Shown piece by piece: positions 34,615 through 42,184 of a DNA stretch of 42,184 nucleotides. The position numbers and the translations under genes were made by a program. The stretch covers positions 1 to 42,184 of the forward strand of contig JASFPE010000002.1 of assembly GCA_050116155.1 (NCBI GenBank). The letters are read 5' to 3'. The notes under the pieces are model-generated. The model was not told the origin of the DNA. It worked only from the letters and a program-made list of their open reading frames with translations, and searched no databases. Source of the stretch: Desulfobacterales bacterium (GTDB lineage Bacteria > Desulfobacterota > Desulfobacteria > Desulfobacterales > JAHEIW01). The number at the start of each line of letters is the position of its first letter. Within the stretch, counting starts at the first letter, position 1.

Positions 34615-35541
34615 ATGAAATATCATTCCATCATCAGCAGTACTATCGGGTCAACGCCTTTGGTTCAATTAAACCGCATGACCGAAGAGATTGATGCCAG
34701 AATATTTGCAAAACTTGAATTTTTTAACCCGTTGGGAAGCGTTAAAGACCGTATTGCCGCTTCCATGATCGAAGCCGCCGAGGTGGATGGTCTGATCGAT
34801 CCACAAACATTGATTGTTGAACCAACCAGCGGCAATACGGGGATTGCCCTGGCCTTTATTTGTGCTGCCAAAAACTACCGTCTTTGTCTGACCATGCCGG
34901 ATACCATGAGTATCGAAAGGCGCAAACTGCTCTCCCATCTGGGTGCCGAGCTGGTTTTAACACCCGGCGCTGACGGTATGAAAGGCGCCATAGACAAAGC
35001 ACAGAAGATATATGATTCCGAGAAAAAGGCGTTTATGCCCAATCAATTTCAAAATCCGGCCAATCCTAAAATTCATCGCGAAACCACCGCCGAGGAGATC
35101 TGGCGTGATACGGAAGGCAACGTTGATATATTAGTATCCGGAGTGGGTACCGGCGGCACGATTACGGGTGTTGCCCAGGTGATTAAGTCCCGCAAGCCAT
35201 CTTTTAAGGCTATTGCCGTAGAGCCGGCCGCATCACCGGTGCTATCCGGTGGTGCCAAGGGACCTCATAAGATTCAAGGAATTGGTGCGGGGTTTGTACC
35301 GGATGTATTGGATCAGTCGATCATAGATGACATCGTTACCGTAACCAATGAAGATGCCTTCGAAACGGCCAGACAGGCTGCTAAATTGGAAGGTCTGCTT
35401 TGCGGCATTTCTTCCGGAGCCGCTATCTGGGCTGCGGTGGAAGTTGCCGGACGATCTGAGTCTGCCGGAAAAACCATTGTTGTGATTTTGCCCAGCACCG
35501 GGGAGCGCTATATCAGCACGGATCTGTTTAAAACCGATTAA
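34615..35541 (+). CDS. cysK: Cysteine synthase A (O-acetylserine sulfhydrylase)
   Basis: The PLP lysine motif NPLGSVKDR, then TSGNTG and [13 protein letters not shown] 34615 lies 7 nt after AAGGAG; the ORF-track start is TTG 34612. Confidence 0.93.
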   Translation: MKYHSIISSTIGSTPLVQLNRMTEEIDARIFAKLEFFNPLGSVKDRIAASMIEAAEVDGLIDPQTLIVEPTSGNTGIALAFICAAKNYRLCLTMPDTMSIERRKLLSHLGAELVLTPGADGMKGAIDKAQKIYDSEKKAFMPNQFQNPANPKIHRETTAEEIWRDTEGNVDILVSGVGTGGTITGVAQVIKSRKPSFKAIAVEPAASPVLSGGAKGPHKIQGIGAGFVPDVLDQSIIDDIVTVTNEDAFETARQAAKLEGLLCGISSGAAIWAAVEVAGRSESAGKTIVVILPSTGERYISTDLFKTD

Positions 35542-35562
35542 AAACGACGTTAGGTTGGATAT

Positions 35563-36987
35563 TCAAGAAGCATAGATTGAGCATTTCTGCACTGCCATGG
35601 CTGCTTCCTGTAATGCCTCGGAAAAAGTGGGGTGCCCATGAATGGTGCGGGCAATATCTTCGGAGCTGGCGCCCATTTCCACAGCCAACACGCATTCGGC
35701 AATCATGTCTGCTGCCCGGGGGCCAATGATATGAATGCCTAAAATACGATCGGTTTTCGCCTGGGCAATGACTTTGACAAAGCCTTCGGTTTCCCCCATA
35801 CAGCGCGCTCGGCCGGCACCGGTGAACGGATAGGTTCCGACACAATAGGGAATGTCCCGCGCTTTAATTTGTTCTTCGGTTAAGCCCACACTGGCGACTT
35901 CCGGCCAGGTATAAATTACTGCCGGCAGGGCATCATAATTGACTTCACCGGGTTTTCCGGCAATGCATTCAACCGTGGCAATACCTTCGGCCGAGGCTTT
36001 ATGGGCCAGCATCGGGCCGGGGACGAGATCACCAATGGCATAGATGCCGGGAACCGAGGTGCGATACGAAGCGTCGACGACAATCTGGCCGCTGCTGGCA
36101 TCTGTTTTAACACCGATCTCTTCTAGACCCAAGCCATGTGTCATGGGCCGACGGCCCACAGATACCAGAAGTTTATCACAGGTTAGAGTTCCTTTTTTGC
36201 CCTTTTTATCCGCGGGTTCCATCGTGACCCGTATGTTTTTTCCTACGAGTTTTGCAGCGGTTACTCTGGTTTGCATATGGAACGTGATGCCCTGACGTTT
36301 CAGCACTCGCTGCAGTTTTCTCCCCACCTGGCCGTCCAGTGTCGGTGCAATTTTAGGCAGCATTTCAATAACCGTTACCTTCGCCCCCAGACGCAGCCAC
36401 ACCGAACCGAGCTCCAATCCAATATATCCACCGCCCACAATGCCCAGGTGTTTGGGAACGGTTTCGAATTTTAAAGCTTCCGTGGAACTGACAATATGCG
36501 TGTTGTCAAATGCTAAGCCCGGCAGGGAAACAGATTCGCCGCCGGTGGCCAGGATGATTGCCTTTGACGCCAATATCTGCTTGGATCCATCGGAGCTTAG
36601 ATCAACCTCAACGCGATCCGCGCCTGCCAGCCGGGCGGTTCCATGGATTATTTCGATTTTATTGCCTTCGAGCAATCGCCGAACATTTTCGGTAAGATCC
36701 TGAACAACCTGTTCTTTGCGTGCCATCATCGTGGTAAGATCCAGACCGACGCGACCGGTTTTGATGCCATGAGCCGCAAATTGCTCTTTGGCCATCAGAA
36801 AATATTCGCTGGAGTCCAGCAGCGCCTTGCTCGGGATGCAGCCGACATTCAGGCAGACACCGCCCAGGCGGGATTCTTTTTCCACACAGGCAACCTTCAT
36901 CCCCAGCTGGGCGGCACGCACGGCGGCCACATATCCTCCTGGACCACTTCCAATTATGACAACATCATAGGTTTCGTTCTGGGCCAT
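35563..36987 (-). CDS. lpdA: Dihydrolipoyl dehydrogenase (E3)
   Basis: VIIGSGPGGYVAA, the redox disulfide GGVCLNVGCIPSK, and C-terminal HGHPTFSE. Confidence 0.93.
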   Translation of the reverse strand: MAQNETYDVVIIGSGPGGYVAAVRAAQLGMKVACVEKESRLGGVCLNVGCIPSKALLDSSEYFLMAKEQFAAHGIKTGRVGLDLTTMMARKEQVVQDLTENVRRLLEGNKIEIIHGTARLAGADRVEVDLSSDGSKQILASKAIILATGGESVSLPGLAFDNTHIVSSTEALKFETVPKHLGIVGGGYIGLELGSVWLRLGAKVTVIEMLPKIAPTLDGQVGRKLQRVLKRQGITFHMQTRVTAAKLVGKNIRVTMEPADKKGKKGTLTCDKLLVSVGRRPMTHGLGLEEIGVKTDASSGQIVVDASYRTSVPGIYAIGDLVPGPMLAHKASAEGIATVECIAGKPGEVNYDALPAVIYTWPEVASVGLTEEQIKARDIPYCVGTYPFTGAGRARCMGETEGFVKVIAQAKTDRILGIHIIGPRAADMIAECVLAVEMGASSEDIARTIHGHPTFSEALQEAAMAVQKCSIYAS

Positions 36988-36988
36988 T

Positions 36989-38338
36989 TTATATCTCCAT
37001 CATGATACGTTCGGGGTTTTCGACACATTCTTTGATGCGCTTGAGAAAAGTGACGGCTTCGCGACCATCGACGATACGGTGGTCATAGCTGAGCGCGACA
37101 TACATCATGGGACGGATGATGATCTCGTCATCGATGACCACCGGTCGTTTTTCGATTTTATGCATGCCCAAGATGCCGCTTTGGGGCATATTCAGAATGG
37201 GGGTGCTCAACAATGATCCGTAAACGCCGCCGTTGCTGATGGTAAAGGTGCCGCCTGCCAGATCCGAGAGCTCCAAACGATTTTCGTTGATTTTTGTAAC
37301 ATAATCCACAATCGCCATTTCCAATTCGGCAAAACTGAGTGTATCTGCATGACGAATCACCGGAACCACCAGCCCGCGCTCTGTTCCAACGGCCACGCCA
37401 ATATGATAATAATGATGTTCGATAATGTCTTTTTCCTCGACAAATGCATTGATCTGAGGAAATTCTTTAAGGGCCTCTATAGTTGCCTTTATAAAGAAAG
37501 ACATGAATCCCAGATTCACCCCGTATTTTTCTTTAAATCCGTCTTTATACTGATTGCGAATCGCCATTACCCGTGCCATGTCGATCTCGTTAAATGTAGT
37601 CAGCATGGCGGTGTTTTGCTTGGATGCCAGGAGGTGCTCTGCAATGCGCCGGCGAATCGGTGTCATCGGCTTGCGGGTGATGAGCTCTTCGGCTGGCATT
37701 TTCGCCACGGGTGCCACCGTGGCTTTCGTTTGCACTGTTTTGGATACGGTAACTTGTGGCGGCGCATCGCTGGCAGCCGAAGTCTTGCCAGCTTCCAGAT
37801 GTAAAATCACATCACCTTTGGTGATACGCCCTCCCGGCCCGGTGCCCACGATCCGGGAAGGATCTAAATTATTTTCCGCCACCAGCCGTCGCACCGAAGG
37901 AAATAACTGCTCCGCAAGCTCAGGCGCTGTGACAGACGGCTGTGATGCAGGCATCGGTTCGGCTACTGTCGGTTCCGTTTTTTCAATATCCGGAGCGGGT
38001 TTAGTTTCGACCGCCGGTTCGGGCTCCATCGGTATTTCCTGTTTGACCGGCTCTGCCTCAGGTTTTTCATCCTCTGGTGGTATTTCTGCAGCCTCTGATG
38101 CGGCTTTCGAATCTATGGTGCCGACGACTGCACCGATGGCCACGGTCTCGCCTTCAGTCACTTTTATCGACAAGACGCCGGCTGCTTCTGCCACCACTTC
38201 CAAGGTAACCTTGTCGGTTTCGATAACGAATAACGGCTCGTCTTTATTAACCATGTCCCCATCATTTTTATACCACTGTGCCAGAACGGCCTCGGTTACC
38301 GATTCTCCCACGCCTGGCACTTTGACTTCTATTAACAT
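36989..38338 (-). CDS. sucB: Dihydrolipoamide succinyltransferase (E2 of 2-oxoglutarate dehydrogenase)
   Basis: A single lipoyl domain (ETDKVTLEV), an Ala/Pro/Glu-rich linker, an E3-binding segment (PSVRRLVAENNLD) and the catalytic SYDHRIVDG. Confidence 0.9.
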   Translation of the reverse strand: MLIEVKVPGVGESVTEAVLAQWYKNDGDMVNKDEPLFVIETDKVTLEVVAEAAGVLSIKVTEGETVAIGAVVGTIDSKAASEAAEIPPEDEKPEAEPVKQEIPMEPEPAVETKPAPDIEKTEPTVAEPMPASQPSVTAPELAEQLFPSVRRLVAENNLDPSRIVGTGPGGRITKGDVILHLEAGKTSAASDAPPQVTVSKTVQTKATVAPVAKMPAEELITRKPMTPIRRRIAEHLLASKQNTAMLTTFNEIDMARVMAIRNQYKDGFKEKYGVNLGFMSFFIKATIEALKEFPQINAFVEEKDIIEHHYYHIGVAVGTERGLVVPVIRHADTLSFAELEMAIVDYVTKINENRLELSDLAGGTFTISNGGVYGSLLSTPILNMPQSGILGMHKIEKRPVVIDDEIIIRPMMYVALSYDHRIVDGREAVTFLKRIKECVENPERIMMEI

Positions 38339-38385
38339 AAAAGCTCCTCAATAATAAATTAATCGCCGTTGACGTCTTTCGTTAC

Positions 38386-38480
38386 AGATACTCGATACTC
38401 GATGCTGGATGCTCGATAACTTAAGATCGTAAAGAGCAAACAGATAAAATCGAGAATCGCGCATCGAGGATCGAGTATCT
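38386..38480. repeat. Long intercistronic inverted repeat built from heptamer arrays (sucA-sucB spacer)
   Basis: AGATACTCGATACTCGATGC (38386-38405) matches the reverse complement of GCATCGAGGATCGAGTATCT (38461-38480) at 19 of 20 positions. Both arms are degenerate 7-nt tandem repeats (GATACTC GATACTC GATGCTG GATGCTC). Confidence 0.75.
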
Positions 38481-38487
38481 CCTAGAA

Positions 38488-41232
38488 TTAACTCACTGCC
38501 GCCTGCTCTTTTTCGCCTGCCGGTGGTCCTATGGCCTGGGCAGTGATGTTTGCCTGTTCCTGTTTGTAAATTGCCGGGAAACCGGTGGCCGGGCTGGAAG
38601 ATGCCGTCCGGCCGATATAGGTAAAAGGTTTTTCGGTTAAGGCTTCCAGACGGGGTCTGACAAATTGCCATCCTCCCATGTTTTGCGGCTCCTCCTGCAC
38701 CCAGCACCGGGTTTTGGCCCGCTTATATTTGTCAATTAGTTCTTTTAATCGTACGGCAGGAAACGGATAAAATTGTTCCAGACGGATTATCGCCGTATGG
38801 TATGACTCTAAATCTTGACGGCGGGCAACCAGCTCATAGTAAATTTTTCCGCTGCAGATCACGATGGCTTCAGGATCTTTCAAATTAGCGGGATCGTCCA
38901 TAACCGTCTGAAAAAAACCGGAGGCCAGGTCATCGAGTTTAGAAACGGCCCGGGGATGACGTAAAAGGCTTTTGGGTGTCATAATAACAAGCGGTTTTCG
39001 ATATGAGCTTTTAACTTGGCGGCGCAAGAGATGAAAATATTGGCCGGGGGTTGTCGGATTACAGACCTGGATATTATCAGCCGCACACAATTGTAGAAAT
39101 CGTTCCAGACGCGCGCTGGAGTGTTCGGGCCCAAGACCTTCTAAGCCATGGGGAAGCAGCAAAACCAAACCACTGAGACGCTGCCATTTGGATTCCCCGC
39201 TGGCAATAAACAGATCGATTATGGATTGGGCATTATTGGCGAAATCGCCAAACTGGGCTTCCCAGAGTACCAGCCCGTGCGGTTGGGCGATGGAATACCC
39301 GTATTCAAAGCCGAGAACGCCCGCTTCTGACAGCAAGCTGTCATAGACCCAAAATGGTGCCTGTTTTTCATCCAGGGCGTTGAGCGGGATATAATGCTTT
39401 TCGGTCTCAAGGTCGACCAGCACGCTGTGGCGCTGACTAAACGTACCTCTACCACTGTCCTGGCCGCTGAGACGGATGGGGGTTCCCTCAGTCAGTAAAG
39501 AGGCAAAAGCCAGGGATTCTGCATTGGCCCAGTCGATGCCGTCTGCTTTATCAATTGCTTGCTGTCGTTTCTGCAGAAGTCGTTCCAGTTTGGAGTTTAA
39601 TGCAAAGTTTATTGGCAGTGTGTTGAGTTTTTCAGCAAGTGAGACAAGTCTTTCTTTTTCTACGCCGGACTCTAATGGTTCATGGGTATAGGCTCCATGA
39701 AACCCTTGCCAGTTTTCATAATACCGTGATTCCGGGAAAAAACATTCGCTGCCGTGGATGGTATCGTAGGCTTTTTCTATCTGGCCGTTGATGGTATCCG
39801 CCATCTTTTTGACGTCCTGGTCCTGGACGATACCGTCGTTGATCAATTGATCGGCATATATCTGATGTAACGATGGGCGCTGCCGGATACGTTCATACAT
39901 TAGCGGCTGCGTAAAATAGGGTTCGTCACCTTCATTGTGACCGTAGCGGCGGTAACAGACAATATCGATCACCACGTCCTTTTTGAATTCCCAGCGGTAA
40001 TCTGCGGCCAGCCGGAACACGTGTACGACTGCCTCCGGATCTTCGCCGTGAACATGAAAAATGGGTATCATCAGCATTTTGGCCACATCGGTGGAATATC
40101 GCGTGGAGCGGGCGTGTTCGGGAAGTGTCGTATAGCCAATCTGATTGTTGATTACCAAATGAATACTGCCTCCGGTGCGATAGCCTTCCAGCTGTGACAT
40201 GTTCAGCGTTTCGGTGACGATGCCCTGGCCGGCAAAGGCCGCATCGCCATGGATCAACACGGGCAATACCTGTTCGCGATGGCGATCATCGCGGATATCC
40301 TGTCTGGCGCGAACAAATCCTTCAACCACCGGATTCACCGATTCCAGATGGCTGGGATTGTTCATCAAAAAAATGCGCAATTTTTGATTTTCGTCGGGGC
40401 GGATATCGGTGATATATCCCTGGTGGTATTTTACGTCACCCGCACCGACGAGATCATCGGGATTGTAACAGCTTTCAAACTCACTGAAGATATCTTCAAG
40501 GGGTTTGTTTAAGATGTTTGCCTGAACATTTAAGCGCCCCCGATGGGCCATGCCCAGTATAATCTCGTGACATCCTCGTTGGGCCACGTGTGTGATCAGA
40601 CGATCCAATGCCGGAATGATAGCGTCTCCGCCTTCCAGGGAAAAGCGGGTGACGGCGATGTATTTTTTGTTGAGAAACTGTTCAAACAAAGCCGCCTGAA
40701 CCAGTTTTTCCAAAATGCGCTGTTTCATGGGAGTGTCCAGGTTGGGTTGATTTCGCCCTGATTCCATTCGATCCAACAGCCAGTTGCGTTCAGCCGGATC
40801 CTGAATATGCATGAACTCGACGCCGATGGAATGGCAATAGGTTTCCTTCAGCGCCGTTACAATTTCACGCAGCGGTGCCCGGCCGGAGGTCGAAAAGCGC
40901 TGTGTATGAAACTCCCGCTCCAGATCATCTGCAGAAAGGTGAAACGCTTCTAAATTTAACAGGGCGTGATCGGTGGGACAGGCGCTCAAAGGATCCAGGC
41001 AGGCCATTAAATGTCCGACATCACGATAGCGGTAAATGAGTTTTTGAACGCGGGCCTGTTGCAGATGTCCTTCCGGATCTCCCGGTGCTGCAGATTTGAT
41101 CTTTCCTGCGCTGGCCAGCTCAAAGCCCTCAAAGAAATATTGCCAATCTTTGGATACCTTGTTTGGATCCGCTTTCCACAGCTTATATTGCGCGTCAATA
41201 AAATCTACATTCCACGTCTCGGGTATTTCCAT
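38488..41232 (-). CDS. sucA: 2-oxoglutarate dehydrogenase E1 component
   Basis: ThDP region IHGDAAFAGQG, and SucA-like sequence over the full length. I prefer ATG 41232 (MEIPETWNVDFIDAQYKLW...) because the 59 extra ORF-track residues have no SucA-like character. Confidence 0.92.
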   Translation of the reverse strand: MEIPETWNVDFIDAQYKLWKADPNKVSKDWQYFFEGFELASAGKIKSAAPGDPEGHLQQARVQKLIYRYRDVGHLMACLDPLSACPTDHALLNLEAFHLSADDLEREFHTQRFSTSGRAPLREIVTALKETYCHSIGVEFMHIQDPAERNWLLDRMESGRNQPNLDTPMKQRILEKLVQAALFEQFLNKKYIAVTRFSLEGGDAIIPALDRLITHVAQRGCHEIILGMAHRGRLNVQANILNKPLEDIFSEFESCYNPDDLVGAGDVKYHQGYITDIRPDENQKLRIFLMNNPSHLESVNPVVEGFVRARQDIRDDRHREQVLPVLIHGDAAFAGQGIVTETLNMSQLEGYRTGGSIHLVINNQIGYTTLPEHARSTRYSTDVAKMLMIPIFHVHGEDPEAVVHVFRLAADYRWEFKKDVVIDIVCYRRYGHNEGDEPYFTQPLMYERIRQRPSLHQIYADQLINDGIVQDQDVKKMADTINGQIEKAYDTIHGSECFFPESRYYENWQGFHGAYTHEPLESGVEKERLVSLAEKLNTLPINFALNSKLERLLQKRQQAIDKADGIDWANAESLAFASLLTEGTPIRLSGQDSGRGTFSQRHSVLVDLETEKHYIPLNALDEKQAPFWVYDSLLSEAGVLGFEYGYSIAQPHGLVLWEAQFGDFANNAQSIIDLFIASGESKWQRLSGLVLLLPHGLEGLGPEHSSARLERFLQLCAADNIQVCNPTTPGQYFHLLRRQVKSSYRKPLVIMTPKSLLRHPRAVSKLDDLASGFFQTVMDDPANLKDPEAIVICSGKIYYELVARRQDLESYHTAIIRLEQFYPFPAVRLKELIDKYKRAKTRCWVQEEPQNMGGWQFVRPRLEALTEKPFTYIGRTASSSPATGFPAIYKQEQANITAQAIGPPAGEKEQAAVS

Positions 41233-41460
41233 GGTGATATTCCCGTTAACTCGTTGAAACAGAAGCCTTATTGCCCTGTTTGCGGTTCCGGGTATTATCG
41301 AATTAATCCTTGTGAGAGACAACGGCAACCCGGGACCGCGGTTTATGATTGGAAATTCAGGACCGTTTGCGACAGAAATAATAATATGGAAAACAGCGTT
41401 TCCTGTCAAATCTTAATTGATTTGTAACCCTATTTATATATATAATAATATACAGAGCTT

Positions 41461-42184
41461 ATGAAAGATAAGGCATTACCAAAAATATTCCCTGCGTCCG
41501 AAAAAACAATGATTGAGCTCGCTCGAACGCTGATGGCGATCATGGAGCAACGGGACCCATCCCTAAAAAATCACAGTGAACGGGTTGCCAATAATTGTGC
41601 AAATTTTTGTGAAAGCATTCTTACCTGCAGCGATGAAGGCGTTGAAGCGATTTTTATTGCAGGGGTACTGCATGATATCGGTTTGATTTTTCTACCCCTG
41701 GATATTTTACAAAAATCAGGAGAATTAACCGAAGATGAAAAGTCCTTAGTAAAAAATCATCCGGTTAACGGCCAAAGCATTTTATCCAACCTGACTTGCT
41801 TAGACGGAATTTTGCCGATTATCCGCCACCATCATGAAGCCTTTGACGGAAGCGGCTATCCGGATGGCTTAGAAGGCGAGAGGATTCCGCTGGGAGCCCG
41901 CATCCTTAGCCTATTTGACAGTTATGATTCGATGACATCGCCAAGGAACCAACCATCGGGGCTCAGCACAGAAGAAGCGCTTATTGCAATAAGAAATAAA
42001 TCCGGCCAGCAATTTGATGATAACCTTGTCGACAATTTTGTGAAGTTCATTGTATCCGCTTCGGATGAATCCGAAGGCTGGCTGGAGAAAAAAGACAAAG
42101 CAATTATAAAGCAAATTTTTTTGGAGATCTTAAACAATTTTAAAGCCGGCAAGATTGATGCCCCGGTTATGCCGCAGATTGTTC
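41461..42184 (+). CDS. HD-GYP domain protein (3' end truncated by the window)
   Basis: My translation from ATG 41461 stays open to the window end. It contains GVLHDIGLIF and HHHEAFDGSGYPDG (the HD-GYP signature). It is missing from the ORF track because no stop is reached. Confidence 0.85.
   Translation, partial: MKDKALPKIFPASEKTMIELARTLMAIMEQRDPSLKNHSERVANNCANFCESILTCSDEGVEAIFIAGVLHDIGLIFLPLDILQKSGELTEDEKSLVKNHPVNGQSILSNLTCLDGILPIIRHHHEAFDGSGYPDGLEGERIPLGARILSLFDSYDSMTSPRNQPSGLSTEEALIAIRNKSGQQFDDNLVDNFVKFIVSASDESEGWLEKKDKAIIKQIFLEILNNFKAGKIDAPVMPQIV

Noticed and set aside
37554-38354. 266-aa ORF on the + strand
   Set aside because: It is antisense to sucB. The Ala/Ser/Gly/Thr-rich low-complexity translation mirrors the E2 linker region. 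There is no start context or motif.
41233-41409. 59-codon N-terminal extension of sucA in the ORF track
   Set aside because: The extension has no SucA-like sequence. SucA-type N-terminal sequence begins at the ATG at 41232.

Overview
This is a 42.2-kb chromosomal window. Its gene content looks like an anaerobic, sulfate-reducer-type Desulfobacterota genome; that placement is an inference from content only. Two convergent heterodisulfide-reductase-like (Hdr) redox clusters dominate the window, and both are interleaved with two-component signalling genes.

Cluster A (+ strand, about 4.35-20.8 kb) starts at a sigma54 promoter. It encodes, in order: a REC-only regulator; a membrane ferredoxin/DsrM-like/DsrK-like fusion; HdrL (HdrA with a GltD/NfnB-like insert); MvhD; an FrhB-like Fe-S protein; a DsrK/HdrD-like protein that reads as one gene only if an in-frame UGA is decoded as selenocysteine; a tandem-HdrA flavoprotein with a complete CheY-like receiver domain inserted in its first HdrA module; a translationally coupled sensor kinase with CXXCH motifs; and a REC-kinase hybrid.

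Cluster B (- strand, about 29.5-20.8 kb) encodes a PAS kinase, a REC-only regulator, a membrane DsrM-like/HdrC-like fusion with a CXXCH loop, HdrB, a tandem HdrA with an in-frame UGA (Sec) plus a SECIS-like hairpin, and an FrhB-like protein.

The flanks hold an archaemetzincin-like peptidase, an NtrC-type sigma54 activator with a Rossmann/PAS kinase (divergent from cluster A), a DRTGG protein, an Rrf2/SQR-like/DUF1641 operon, cysE, cysK, lpd-sucB-sucA and a partial HD-GYP gene.

The best candidate for something undescribed is the receiver domain built into an HdrA-type flavoprotein and wired by overlapping genes to its own kinases. This suggests phosphorylation control acting directly on an Hdr-type redox enzyme. 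Secondary points are the two recoded selenoprotein genes that the ORF track splits, CXXCH motifs in a membrane Hdr subunit and in a kinase sensor domain, a shared Cys-motif PAS domain in three kinases, and STRR-like short tandem or inverted repeats in several intergenic spacers. All family calls come from motifs read by eye; no database search was run.
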